Assembly: GCA_012295275.1 (NCBI GenBank)
Contig: CM022675.1
Coordinates: 2,170,001 to 2,234,000, forward strand
Length of the DNA stretch: 64,000 nucleotides
Direction: 5' to 3'
Source of the DNA: Chrysomallon squamiferum
Lineage: Eukaryota; Animalia; Mollusca
Every line of letters starts with the position of its first letter. Within the stretch, counting starts at the first letter, position 1. Both the position numbers and the translations under genes were made by a program. This document shows, in pieces, positions 1-27,904 of the stretch. Below the pieces are notes generated by a model. It ran no database searches, was not told the DNA's origin, and worked only from the letters and a program-made list of their open reading frames with translations.

Positions 1-49
1 GTTTAATACGACAAAACTAAATGAAATTAAAGAAAACAAATAAACTCAC

Positions 50-12801
<12,752 letters not shown>

Positions 12802-12854
12802 ATTCAGTTTATACTGTAAAGAAGATTAAACGAATAAATGAATAAATAAATGAA

Positions 12855-12885
<31 letters not shown>

Positions 12886-13032
12886 GTAAATAAATAAATA
12901 CATAAATAATCATAATGTTATATTTTAGTCTAGGCGTAAGTCGTCCTTCAGTTTAACATATATACACATCGCTAGAATTACTTACACAAAATATCACTAC
13001 AGACTTAGTACACATTGTGAACAGGCGTCGTG

Positions 13033-13565
<533 letters not shown>

Positions 13566-13780
13566 CCCTACATTTTCATTCTTAAAATCATTTAGTGTAC
13601 GGAGGAAAACAAATGTTTAAATGCTCATATTCTTTCACTAACAAAGAACATTTATTTATTTATTTATTTATCCATTTATTTATTATATTTATTTATTTCC
13701 TCTTTTTTTTTTTTCTGTAATTATTTTTTAATAACTTTTTCATTAACACCATCTATAAGTGTACAGAGGATACAAATGTG

Positions 13781-13811
<31 letters not shown>

Positions 13812-13874
13812 CTATATATATATAGATCGAGAGATAGAAAAAGGAAAAGATGGGCTGATAAACAAATATGTGTG

Positions 13875-13910
<36 letters not shown>

Positions 13911-13987
13911 ATAATTATGGCAATGAATTAAATGGTAGACATAAATAGTGAGTAGGAAAATAAAATGTGCGCAGATTGATTCTGTAC

Positions 13988-14170
13988 CAAATTTTCTAAT
14001 TTGATTCCTATGTAATAGCGGGTACGGTCACTGTTCAAGTTATTCAAGCTCAGTTGCAGTGAAGAAATAATGGAGCAATCTTAAAGTGAAAGATAATTTT
14101 GTAGCGACTTTGTCTGAAAGATGCTTTAATATAGCTCCTCCATTGATATCATATAATAAAGTAGTTGTTC
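13988..14170 (-). promoter_or_regulatory. Gene A probable promoter and non-coding exon 1
   Basis: The reverse complement aligns with B 49058-49202 (gaggagct.tatta...aacagtgac.gtacc.gctattaca...aatcaaattagaa), and both end at a GT donor. Confidence 0.55.
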
Positions 14171-14494
14171 ATGTAGCAGTTATAGAACCATATACAAAGT
14201 ATACTTACACATTTATATAATTACACGATTCAAATAAGAATATTTAAAAATATATTTACACATATGAACCTTTTTCCTCACTTACACTTTGCGATTTGTT
14301 AGGAAAAAAATATGAAAAGCGTTTATTAACATAAACTTTGCTCTGTCTATGTAATACGATCGTTTCAATCCATTACCGGCTTTTCTATCACATTTGAAGG
14401 TGATCACGACTGGTAACGAAACATTTCAGTGTTCTTCTTATTATTTTTATGATTATTATTACTATTATTATTATTATCATCATCATCATCATCA

Positions 14495-14571
<77 letters not shown>

Positions 14572-14859
14572 TATATTATTATTTACTTAACCACTGATAT
14601 AGTAGACAAGGTTCAAGTACAGTGGACATATTCAGTGATAATAGTTCATATACGTGTCTCTGTGTCATGAATTCAGGCTATGTTTAATTGTTTATATATT
14701 TATTTGTTTATTTATTTATTTGTTTGTTTGTTTGTTTGTTCGCTTATTTGTTTCTTTGTTTAGTTCTTTTATTTGTTTCTTTACTTGTTTTGTTTATTTA
14801 TTCTTGTGGTAGCGTCTTTATTTTTTATTATTTTATTATTATTATTTCTTTGCGAACAC

Positions 14860-15514
14860 TGTGGGAGAAACACTGAAACGGCTAAGAGTAGACTGGTGTG
14901 AAAATAATTTTGATGTTCTAGGTTTAACACTTAATAAACAAAAAGACAATATTTGTCACTAAATGTGGACGAAAATCTGGTGAAAATAGAAAAAAATGTT
15001 AAATTCGTGGCGTGGCAGAGTAACGCTTTTAGAAATATTAGCTATGTCAAAACTAACACATATCTGTTTGTCATTAATGAGAAAAATGATTAAAGGTTGT
15101 TGTGAATATTATAGTATACTGTCTAGAAACGTAGATCTGCCAACACAACAAATCCGCTGGTCTGAAATGATAAATGATGACAACTACCCACTAATATGGG
15201 AACAGTTATATTTAACATCTAGATTATGTAATAATCAAATCGCTCTTATTGATTTTCAATATAAAATGCTTAATAGAATATTAGCAACCAGCAGCTTTCT
15301 TCGTAGGATTGGCATTCGGAAAGATTCCCTTTGCACGAGTAAACGATCATTGCACCTTTTTTGTAAAATATTCCAAGGTCACTTTTTTGTGGCGAAATTT
15401 GGTAGTCTGGATTTTTGATGTTCCTGGATTCCGTACAATTATAAAGGACAGAAAGATAATGTTTGGTTTAAAACAGGACAAAAAATACTTAATCACTTAA
15501 TTTTAATAACAAAA

Positions 15515-15551
<37 letters not shown>

Positions 15552-15700
15552 TCGTGCAGCTAAAACTTCTCTATCAGTTCCTCGTCTTCTAGACAAGGTA
15601 AAAAGTTAGTATATGATAGAAAAATAATATCACAAATAAATTTGCAAGGGGACTATCATATGACAAAGTCGTGCCTCTTTGTTGCGGTACTAGAACCTAT
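14860..15700 (+). mobile_element. Degenerate non-LTR retrotransposon (L1/Tx1-like LINE) ORF2 C-terminal fragment
   Basis: LNSWRGRVTLLEILAMSKLTHI and IDFQYKMLNRILATSSFLRRIGIRKDSLC...HLF resemble the post-RT and zf-RVT region of L1-clade LINEs; frameshifted and deleted. Boundaries are approximate. Confidence 0.75.
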
Positions 15701-15977
15701 TGAATAAGTATTCGTTGTCTCAGTTTTGTTTTTGTATCTGTAAAAATATACATTAAATATAACCTTGCAGATATATCAATCAGGTAAAAAGGAGCTCTGT
15801 TGTGAAATACTCCGTGTGTTTTTTGAAAACACCTGTTATACGCGCTGCGATTTTTTTCTTGGTTCCTTGCTTTTATGTTTTGTAAATTGTGTTTTGTATA
15901 CTGTACCACTGGCAATAAAATGAACGGAATAAAATAAAGAGTATAAAAAATATTTCCTATTATTATTGTTATTGTTA

Positions 15978-16080
<103 letters not shown>

Positions 16081-16894
16081 TATTATTTTTTTGAAGTACT
16101 CTGACGGAAGCTGCTAGACTACAATAACGAAGACATAAAAAAATCGACAAATATTAATACTACTGTTGGTACTGTTGCTACGGTAACCACTATTATTCGA
16201 GCTATTACAACCAATAATGATAAAAAAAGCATATCAGCAACGACATCAAGAGAAGTAATAATATATGAATTTACTTATGGTTCGGATACATTGCGTTTGT
16301 CGACCATATACTAGAAACTTCTTTTTACGAAATTCTTGGGGAAGAAAAAAAATATGTTGTCTGTTTCGTTATTTATGTATTAATTTGTAGTTCGTGAAAC
16401 ATTTTGTGGAAAACCTGGCACTGGTAGGTATGTATTTTAGGATTTGAATGTACATTTACTAGAAAGTGTAAAAATGCCTTCGTTGACTTCTCATACATAA
16501 ATATATCTAGAAAGAGAACGTGTACTCTCACATTTACATAAGTAGAATACACACACACACACGAATTGAGGTAGCATATACACAAATATATCGAAACTGT
16601 ATTCGTACATTTGTCGAGATATCGTACTCACATATATATATATATATATATATAGAAAGGGTACATATACATTTATTGAGTAACCTAGAAATATACATTT
16701 ATAATAAAGTCAACTGAACGTACCTTTTTTTGTTGAAACACTTCAACTAAACCGCGACCATCACCTACTCTGTGTTATCCGTTTTGAAAGAAATATAAAA
16801 ATGTGTCCTAATAAAGGCTTTGCTCTATTTATGTGGTACGGATGAACAGAAAATCATTTCAATGCATGACCGATTTTAAGTCACATATCTAGCT

Positions 16895-16925
<31 letters not shown>

Positions 16926-17698
16926 TTATTATTCTTATTCTTATTCTTATTCTTATTCTTATTATTATTAAATTTTTATTTTATTTTTTTCATCAGTCAG
17001 TTATCTTGCAGAAATTGATTCTGATACAATGAACTTACACTAAGTGAATAGTTACTGTACATATCTTGGTATCATATATGCAGTCTATCTTTGTTTATTT
17101 GTTTGTTTATTTGTTTATGTATTTATTTATCAATACATTTATTTATTTGTTTTTTTCTTTGCTTATTTATTTGATCATTATTATTTTTGATTTAGTTATA
17201 GTTTTCATTTTTTTTTTCTTTCTTTCTTTCTTTCTTTTTGTTGTTGAAGGCGGCTGATGGAAATCATTACTAAACTGCAACAATAAATACAATATTGCGA
17301 GTACTTCTACGGCTAGTACTTCTATTACAGAAACCAGCATTGCTAGATCTATTGCAACTGCCGATGATAAAATCACGTCAGCAAAGATATCCACAGGAAT
17401 AATGATAGAGTAGTTCCTTGACTTACGAAATTAATTCATTCTGTAATCGAGTTCGTGTATCAAATTTTTCGTATATCAAATCAATTTTCCAAACTGCAAT
17501 TAAATGAAATACAATTAATCCGTTCCGCTCCCTCACCCCCCAACCCCCCCCAAAAAAACCCCCAAAACATCCAACTATATTTTATTTATTTATTTATTTA
17601 TTTTTGTATTTATTATTTTTATTTTGTATTTTTATTTTTTTTTTATATATATATATTTTTTTGTAATGGTTTTAGGTAAGAAAATGTATTTATCAATG

Positions 17699-17748
<50 letters not shown>

Positions 17749-17779
17749 ATAAATAAAGAGAATGTAAAGAAATAAATTG

Positions 17780-18054
17780 GTTTTGTAAATTATTTTAACG
17801 TCTTTAGGTGCAGTTATAGTCTTTATGGACTCCTTCAGCTTCACTACGGTAGTTGTCGTAGACGTACTACGCTCGCACTGCTTAGCCAAGTCGACTACGT
17901 GCACACCTCACTCATGTTTTCTTTCTGTGATTTCAAGCTTTAATTCAAAGGATATCATCCGCTTCTTTTTCTCGGCACTGCTCTTTCCAATCACTTTCTT
18001 AGGATCAGTGGAAACTCGTAAGACGGGGCACTCGTAAGTCGATGTACCACTGTA
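17780..18054 (-). mobile_element. Tigger/pogo-like DNA transposon 5' relic (TIR and transposase N-terminus)
   Basis: The minus strand starts TA-CAGTGGTACATCGACTTACGAG (Tigger-type TIR plus TA). It then reads PKKVIGKSSAEKKKRMISFELKLEITERKHE*GVHVVDLAKQCERSTSTTTTVVKLKESIK, the HTH N-terminus of Tigger/TIGD1-like transposases, with an in-frame stop. Confidence 0.82.
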
Positions 18055-18338
18055 TATAAATTCAATTATAAAATCCGAAATTCAATATAAAATATATACA
18101 TAGATAATTAAGTTGAAGTTCTATTTACTTATTTATTTATGTATTTATTTATTTATTTATTTGTTTATTTATTTATTTATTGTTAAGTTATGACACATAA
18201 ATTGAAGGGCATTATCTCTATATCACTATTCTCGTACAGAAAAATTATATATAATTAGGTACTGTCTGGGTGTACTTACATACATATGTATGTATGTATC
18301 TGTCTGTATCTCTGGATGTATGTATATATCTGTGAATG

Positions 18339-18370
<32 letters not shown>

Positions 18371-18950
18371 CGCACAAGACATGTTTGTGTTATAGATTCT
18401 GGATAGGTGTGAATATGTTTATATATATGTTCTTATGTGTGGGTGTGTGCGCGCGCGCGCGTGTGTAAATACTCACATACATATTTGTATCGATATATGT
18501 TTAAATAGCAGTGTTTTAACATACTTGAATACAAACGGTTTGGAGATGGCAGACAAAATGTCAGACATCTTTGTGTGCTACATTTAACAAGATGAATTCG
18601 CCTTCTTGCTTTTTAAAACATCAAACAAAACACTAAGTATGTATCACGGGTCATGCGTATCTGTGTTTCTGGCGCACTAGACGTCAGTGACCGTGCTTGA
18701 ATACGTACCAGCCAAGACCGGTTTCATTTTTATTTTATTTTAGTGATGTATGACAAGTGAAGGAAAACAGCGAGTGATGTTGTGAGAGTGGAGTACTAGT
18801 CTAGATGTGCAGTGATGTGTTACACGTGTTTGAACAGGTTTGTGATATTATTCAGAGAGATGTCAAACCAGTTATCTCGTTTTTTAATCTTTTTTTTTTA
18901 GTAAAAACTTCTCAAGACTTTTAGCGTCTTTTATCTTAAATAAAAAATAC

Positions 18951-19013
<63 letters not shown>

Positions 19014-19867
19014 TAAAACTTGAAAATATTATACAAGCACATACACTAGAATTAATAAATAAAGAGAGAAAGAAAGGAGGAAAGAGAGAAAGAACGAAAT
19101 AATTTCAGTATATAAAAGGCCGAGATTTATTCATAAAAGACATCGCTTGCAGTAAATTCTTGATCGCTGTGTTCTATTTTGTCTACGAAAACACAAACAA
19201 ACATATATAGAGACACGCCAACAATAATAATAAAAAGATGATGAATAAATAAAAACATTACTAAAAGTAAACTATTATTTAAAAATATATTAATTGCATG
19301 AGTTAAACAGATTGCAGAAACATGTTTACGATAGTATTTCTCAGACATTATAAAGATGTTTTAAAAAGAATGTAACTGAATGTGGCGTGATATGCACTTG
19401 CAGGGTCGTATATAAATAGTTTATACTAAACTAAGCTACCCTCATCAAACAAATAAAATTATAACAGATAACACTGCCTGAGAGATATAATTAACAACTA
19501 CCCTTTTATTCTGAACAGTGTATAGACTATTCATCTAAAAATACATCTTTGTGGTACACCCTAACACCTTAGAGATAACATCTATCTCCATGAATTCCAC
19601 TTCTACTACGCTTGTGAAACAGTATTAGAGCGTCTTTGAAAACAGTCTCTGACACCTTTTAGAATGTGCCATCATACAGCATGATATTGAAATATTCGTT
19701 ACTTTTAGCCTAAGAAAAGAGAAAGGGTATTTCTTTTTTACTCTGTAGAAATACGAAAACTTGCAATATCAAGCTTAATTTGAGATCGTCATTTATTTTG
19801 AAAGCCATTCATTGCAGTATCTGTAAGCTCTCACAATCTGTGTAGATGGTATATTATGTCACTAAAA

Positions 19868-19907
<40 letters not shown>

Positions 19908-20240
19908 TCTATCATTTATTACAAACAGACAAATATGCACACACAAAAACCCCCAGAAAATAATGACATTTAAGTTAAAAGCATCAACAAAATAAAAATA
20001 TAAATAATAACTGATAAACTAAAATATGCTGAACAAGCCAGTGAAAAACGCATCATGGAAGACGTGTAATAGTGTAGATGAGCAGTGAGGCATCGCCAGT
20101 GTGTTTGTATTAGTTCACTACAACAATCTAGTCAAACGTTGTCAAACTAATTTTCTTAATACTTTCTTCAAAACAGTTTTAAATTTCACTCACAAAATAT
20201 ATGCTGTTTTTACCGTAAAATATTAATGCAATAAAAGAAT

Positions 20241-20291
<51 letters not shown>

Positions 20292-20689
20292 TACAGAATA
20301 CTAGCCAACAAACAGCAAGCCATACAGGATCAGTGAAGCATTTTCGTAGCGATGTCTCGAGGTAAAACTGCTTGTATGTCAAACAAAAACTACGAGATTC
20401 GATGTATTATTATCTACACACAAACGTGAAACTTACTTTCGTAACGCCTGGATGAGTTTAGTCAATCTTAGGACGTTTTGGTCTCATTTCTTAATATTTT
20501 CTTATACGCAAATAAAATATCACTGTAAATAGACAAGTGTGAGAAACATAGCCAGTGTGGTAAGTAGAGTGAAAATGAAATACATTAGAGAGGAAAATGT
20601 CAAGATATCCGTCACACCCAGCTGACTGATAGTGAATGTTTGATTTTACTTTAATTGTATTTATATCAGCATTGATGGCGAACTGCTGT

Positions 20690-20796
20690 AGTACTAATAG
20701 TAGCAATAGTAGTAGTCTTAATAGTAGTGGTAGTAGTAGTGGTAGCAGTAGTAGTAGTAATAATAATAATAATCATAGCAATATTAGTAGTCTTAA

Positions 20797-20828
<32 letters not shown>

Positions 20829-20905
20829 CTAGCAGTAGTAGTATTAATAGTAGTAGTAGTAGTGGTAACAGTAGTAGTAGTTATAATAGTAGTAGTAATC
20901 GTAGC

Positions 20906-20946
<41 letters not shown>

Positions 20947-21100
20947 TAGTAGTAATAATAATAATAGTAGTAGTAGAGTAGTGGCAGTAGTAGTACTGGT
21001 AGTAGTAGTGGTGGTAGTAGTAGTAGTAATAATAATAGTAGTAGAGTAGTGGCAGTAGTAGTAGTGGTAGTAGTAGCACAAGTAGTACTGGTATTAGTAA
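20690..21100. repeat. Degenerate (AGT)n microsatellite
   Basis: Direct reading; gives the Ser/Val/Thr-run ORFs. Confidence 0.92.
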
Positions 21101-21466
21101 CATCATTAGTATTTTAATTCTTCCTTTTTATAATTTTATTTTCTTCTGTTGTTTTAAATTTTGTTTAAGAGAGAAGTTAATACTTTACATTCATATTTTT
21201 TATTTGTGTTTAAGATAATATTAAAAAAGAGAGTAAAACATCGTCCTAAGATTGCATAAATTCACCCCAGTGTTAAAATTGTAAGTCTCTCATTTGTGTG
21301 TATATAATAATAGTTGGATTGTTGTATCTTTTTGTTAGACACACAAACAGTTTTACCCTGAGACATCAAACCTATACTACAAATGAATTATCTGTACATT
21401 TTATGATAATGATCATTTTTAACTTTTTAATTATTATTGCTGTTGTTGTTGTTGTTATTATTATTA

Positions 21467-21548
<82 letters not shown>

Positions 21549-21961
21549 TTTGATCGAATTAATAATCAAACCAAACATACCTAAGTACATTATAATTCCA
21601 GCTTGGTAAATAGTTACAGAATAGACTAATGTTAGAAACAGGCAGATGAATGCGAACATTCACTGAACTTTTGGTGGCATCTTAACCCGTGACAGCACGA
21701 CCAATGAGCAACGACTACACATCTTGATTTGATATCATAGTTTGATCATCATAATTGTACAAGATTATATTTACATTCATCTATAAGTACTTAATTAAGT
21801 AGTGAAAATGTAATTTCATTGAGTAGTTAAAAAACTTACTAACTGTGGCAAAAATGTAGTATAGGCATTCAAGGGTTTTAATGTAAATGTATACATATAT
21901 ATATATGTGTAACAAATTTTAAAACTATGAATTTCAAAAAGCTAGGTTTGTTTTTCAATAT

Positions 21962-22161
21962 NNNNNNNNNNNNNNNNNNNNNNNNNNNNNNNNNNNNNNN
22001 NNNNNNNNNNNNNNNNNNNNNNNNNNNNNNNNNNNNNNNNNNNNNNNNNNNNNNNNNNNNNNNNNNNNNNNNNNNNNNNNNNNNNNNNNNNNNNNNNNNN
22101 NNNNNNNNNNNNNNNNNNNNNNNNNNNNNNNNNNNNNNNNNNNNNNNNNNNNNNNNNNNNN
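21962..22161. other. Assembly gap (200 N)
   Basis: Run of N abutting the 36-bp minisatellite. Confidence 0.99.
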
Positions 22162-24600
22162 TACTAGTGACAATTGATACTATATCTGTACATACTGCTA
22201 CTAGTGATACTGATACTATATATGTACATACTTCTATTTAGTGATACTGATAATATATCTGTACATACTGCTACTAGTGATACTGATAATATGTACATAT
22301 TAGTGATACTGATAATATATCTGTACATACTTCTATTAGTGATACTGATAATATATCTATACATACTGCTACTAGTGATACTGATAATATATATGTACAT
22401 ACTTCTACTAGTGATACTGATAATATATCTGTACATACTGCTACTAGTGATACTGATACTATATCTGTACATACTTCTACTAGTGATATTGATAATATAT
22501 CTGTACATACTTCTATTACTGATACTGATAATATATCTGTACATACTTCTACTAGTGATACTGATAATGTATATGTACATACTTCTATTAGTGATACTGA
22601 TAATGTATCTGTACATACTGCTACTAGTAATACTGATAATGTATCTGTACATACTTCTACTGGTGATACTGATAATATATCTGTACACACTTCTATTAGT
22701 GATACTGATACTATATCTGTACACACTGCTACTAGTGATACTGATAATATATCTGTACACACTGCTACTAGTGATACTGATAATATATATGTACATACTG
22801 CTACTAGTGATACTGATACTATATCTGTACACACTGCTACTAGTGATACTGATACTATATCTGTACACACTGCTACTAGTGATACTGATACTATATATGT
22901 ACACACTGCTACTAGTGATACTGATACTATATCTGTACACACTGCTACTAGTGATACTGATACTATATCTGTACATACTGCTACTAATGATACTGATAAT
23001 ATATCTGTACACACTGCTACTAGTGATACTGATAATATATCTGTACACACTGCTACTAGTGATACTGATAATATATCTGTACACACTGCTACTAGTGATA
23101 CTGATACTATATATGTACACACTGCTACTAGTGATACTGATACTATATCTGTACACACTGCTACTAGTGATACTGATAATATATCTGTACATACTGCTAC
23201 TAGTGATACTGATACTATATATGTACACACTGCTACTAGTGATACTGATAATATATCTGTACATACTTCTACTAGTGATACTGATACTATATCTGTACAT
23301 ACTGCTACTAGTGATACTGATACTATATCTGTACATACTGCTACTAGTGATACTGATACTATATCTGTACATACTGCTACTAGTGATACTGATACTATAT
23401 CTGTACATACTGCTACTAGTGATACTGATACTATATATGTACATACTGCTACTAGTGATACTGATACTATATCTGTACATATACTAGTGATACTGATACT
23501 ATATCTGTACACACTGCTACTAGTGATACTGATACTATATCTGTATATGCTACTAGTGATACTGATAATATATCTGTACATACTGCTACTAGTGATACTG
23601 ATAATATATCTGTACATACTGCTACTAGTGATACTGATAATATATCTGTACATACTGCTACTAGTGATACTGATAATATATCTGTACATACTTCTACTAG
23701 TGATACTGATAATATATCTGTACATACTGCTACTAGTGATACTGATAATATATCTGTACATACTTCTACTAGTGATACTGATAATATATCTGTACATACT
23801 GCTACTAGTGATACTGATAATATATCTGTACTACTAGTGATACTGATAATATATCTGTACATACTGCTACTAGTGATACTGATACTATATCTGTACATAC
23901 TTCTACTAGTGATACTGATAATATATCTGTACATACTGCTACTAGTGATACTGATAATATATATGTACATACTTCTATTACTGATACTGATAATATATCT
24001 GTACATACTGCTACTAGTGATACTGATACTATATATGCACATACTTCTATTAGTGATACTGATAATATATCTGTACATACTTCTACTAGTGATACTGATA
24101 ATATATCTGTACATAGTGCTACTAGTGATACTGATACTATATATGTACATAGTGCTATTAGTGATACTGATAATATATCTGTACATACTGCTACTAGTGA
24201 TACTGATAATATATCTGTACATACTTCTATTAGTGATACTGATACTATATCTGTACATACTTCTACTAGTGATACTGATAATATATATGTACATAGTGCT
24301 ACTAGTGATACTGATACTATATATGTACATACTGCTACTAGTGATACTGATACTATATATGTACATACTGCTACTAGTGATACTGATACTATATATGTAC
24401 ATAGTGCTCTTAGTGATACTGATACTATATCTGTACGTACTATTGGTGATACTGATAATATATCTGTACATACTGCTACTAGTGATACTGATACTATATA
24501 TGTACATAGTGCTCTTAGTGATACTGATAAGACATCTGTACGTACTATTGGTGATACTGATGATATATCTGTACATACTACCACTGGTGATACTGTCAGT
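22162..24600. repeat. 36-bp minisatellite array
   Basis: Unit ctagtgatactgataatatatctgtacatactgcta, about 67 copies; explains the 12-aa-periodic ORFs. Confidence 0.96.
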
Positions 24601-24912
24601 GTATCGTGTGTATGCTGCTGTTGAAGATGTTGATACTGAGAGCTTTGAACATTTTATCTCTGAAATCAGGAAAGAAAGATGAATAATTATCGTCAACCTT
24701 TTGCTGATTTATTTCATTATTCTTTTTTTTTACTTTTTTCTTTCTTTTAACAGAACTCATATTTGATTTTAGTTTTGTCAGATTAAATCAAGAGTTTAAC
24801 ATAAATCATTTGCAAGAAGAAACAGAACATCTTACATTATAAAAAAATAATAATAATAAATAAATAAATGAATAAACATCTCCCTACATTCTAGTTATCT
24901 TACATACATCAG

Positions 24913-25079
24913 GTGAAAAACAAGGATCTGCTCAAGTTATTGTCAGCAACACGATTCTGGTTGTTCTCTGTGTTGTCATGGTGATCATCTTCTCACTTGT
25001 TATTGGGATTGTGGTGGTCTTCTTTCTGAACAAGAAAAAGTCCAATCAGAAGATATCAACAAACGTCAAATTCAATTAA
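24913..25079 (+). CDS. Orphan terminal TM exon of a third paralog (C)
   Basis: cag|GT GAA AAA...: EKQGSAQVIVSNTILVVLCVVMVIIFSLVIGIVVVFFLNKKKSNQKISTNVKFN*. Intact, and homologous to B's last exon and proximal 3' UTR. No upstream exons are visible. Confidence 0.7.
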
Positions 25080-25759
25080 CCTGACAAACATTTCATATAC
25101 TGTAGTTTCAAACTACATTACGTTTTCGTAATTAGTCGCAGCGGAATCATTGCACTTGACAACACAATCAATCAACAAGGACTACTCAGATATCTTCATA
25201 TCTAATCATAATATTTCATACCGTAAATCCCAGAGGAGTATTAATTGAAGAAATTAAATAAGTGGTCAGTGATATAGTTCATCTTTCAGTAACATTTACC
25301 GCAGTTAACTCACTTTTACCACCCGAGATTAGACTACTAGATAAAAAGTCGAAAAGAAAGATAACTACGTTTCTTCCCACTTACCTCCCTTGGTGTAAAA
25401 TGAGCTTTCACAGTGGTTATAACTAGATGGCAAATGGGATAAAAAATAATATAAAAAAAACCTTACGTACACACATACATAGTTACATACAGGCATACAT
25501 ACATACATACGTGAACATCTCTTCAAAACAGTTCAACAGCGAAAATCACCACCTCGATAACGACTTTGTGAATGCTTTAATTTATTTTGTTTTTCTAATT
25601 TTAATTTTAATTTTAATTTTATTTATTTATTTATTTATTTATTATTTATTCGCTTGTTTGTTTGTTTGTTTGTGTGTGTGTGTTTGATGTGAGTTTGTTC
25701 AAACTAATTCTCAATGGATACATTTTCATGAAAGTTATATGTTAAAATGTTGTTTACAG

Positions 25760-26708
25760 GTGAAGAGTATTTCGACTGCAGACGACAAGGACAGGATTGT
25801 GCTAATAATAAAACTTGTCAAAATGACGGCACCTGTGACTGTGAAAATGACTACACTTCTTCTGTTTTTCTTATAAAAGTAATAACCAGCCAAGGATTGC
25901 GCCGATAGGTTATCAGTTCAGATTGTACGAACACGCGTTATTTAATTGCCGTAACAGTAGTCATGCAGAATAAACATCAAATTATCTCCCCTGAAATATA
26001 AATCATTTTCAAATCTCAGTTTCAGAAAAAATAGTAAGAAGGATAACTCATGGTTAATTTGACAGATGAGCACAACTGGTAAAACGTTTCGCTTCTGTCA
26101 AATAAATGAGATAAAGTTGTAAATGTACCACTTTGTACCATTAGAAACTTATAAAATGTAACAATGAACATATTTACTTACAAATTTAGAACTTGAACAT
26201 TTTTCATTTTTTCACTGTTTTTAAATAATATGAAGTCTTGCTCTCAGAATGAATATAGTGTAAAACAAAGTAGTCACAGCTAAAATTCATTTTTTCCATT
26301 GACTTGATTCGATTAATCTTTGTTTTAAATGTTCGTCATCATTAATTTTACTATTAACATTACTACCATTACTACTGCTGCTGCTGCTACTACTACTACT
26401 ACTACTCCTACTACTACTACTGCTGCTGATACTACTACTAACTACTACTACTACTACTTTTACTACTACAACTACTGCTGTTGTTGCTGCTGCTGCTGCT
26501 ACTTTTTAGTTTATGTAAACTTTGAATACAAAGAATAATAACTCTTGATAATTACACGAAGCAAAATTCGTTCCATTATGTGTTGATCATAAACATAACA
26601 ATTCATTTATTTCGTTTATTAAATAAATTAGAAAACACACAAACCAATACAATTAAATAATACATATATGCACACACACACACTTGCTTATTGACTGATT
26701 TTGTTTTG

Positions 26709-26756
<48 letters not shown>

Positions 26757-26940
26757 TTTTTTTTTTTTTTTTTTTCGGAGGAGCTTTCTTGTCAGAACAG
26801 TTTTAAGGTAATAAAGGGATTTCACTACAGTGACAAGTATAACACGAATCTCGACACAAAATTAATTGTCATTTGTGAGAAAAGCATTGAACTGTGTTTC
26901 TTATCACAGTAATACCAGCCAAGGCTTGTTCCGCTTTGTT

Positions 26941-26978
<38 letters not shown>

Positions 26979-27294
26979 TATTTATATTATTGGAAGTTAG
27001 CTATTTATTTTCTTGCTATCGTGGGATATAGTTACCAGTTTACTGATTATGTTCAAAAATTATAAGTTAACTGTTATTATATTTCTTTTTCTTTTCTTTG
27101 TTTTTCTTTATTTCTTTAGTTTTGTATTTATATTATTGTATTTGTTTGCAATACAGAGATTGTTTTTCCTTCTGCAGAAATTGTCAGAATATCACAAACA
27201 TAGTTAACTAAGTTCAACATCAACCTCATACATCGATCTTCAGTTTGAAAATCAGGAGCTGTAGAAGAGGAACTTCCATTTGAGATTATTACAA
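25760..27294 (+). pseudogene. Decayed fragments of further EGF-ZP paralog(s) (D)
   Basis: EGF1 exon 25760-25857 is truncated after NDYT and fused to a ZP-N exon-end-like sequence ending in TAG. 26778-26930 is a ZP-N relic (ELSCQNS...YSDKYNTNLDTKLIVICE). 27178-27294 is a deleted, stop-containing copy of the 143-nt exon. Confidence 0.78.
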
Positions 27295-27517
27295 GTAGGA
27301 ACTAGATGTTGCTTCATATTTCGTCGTTTTAATAATAAGTTATTGTTGTTTCAATTGTTGTTGTTTTTTATTTGTATTGCTGTTGTTGTTTTTCTTCTTC
27401 TTCTTCTTCTGTTTCTAATATTTTAAACATAAAACATATACATATATATATCGGGAACGTCCTGTGATTTCTCGAGAATAAAATGTTTGTGCCTGTCACA
27501 TGAAACTCAGAATATTC

Positions 27518-27563
<46 letters not shown>

Positions 27564-27848
27564 GTAATAATAATAATAATAATATATTAAATGTACGTTA
27601 CAATTAACTGAAAACTAATGTATATCCAATAATTGTTTGCTTTTTAATCCAGTAAACTGTCAATGTGTACAAAAATTAAGTGCAGTTAATTGAAAGTCAG
27701 TGTACTGTATATTACACGATACCTCTACTTTTGCTAATGTTATCTGTGTTGTTTAACTTTTAAAGTCTACTCTTCGCTTGCATAGAATGACAAACAAGCG
27801 TACGATAATAAATGTCTCTCTCTCTCTCTCTCTCTGCATATCTCTCTG

Positions 27849-27904
<56 letters not shown>

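Noticed and set aside
22162-24600. CRISPR-like appearance of the 36-bp repeats
   Set aside because: The units are head-to-tail with no unique spacers, the context is eukaryotic, and there are no cas genes.
22164-24696. Long ORFs of 259-507 aa on both strands
   Set aside because: They are 12-aa-periodic translations of the 36-bp minisatellite, open in several frames, with no domain or splice support.
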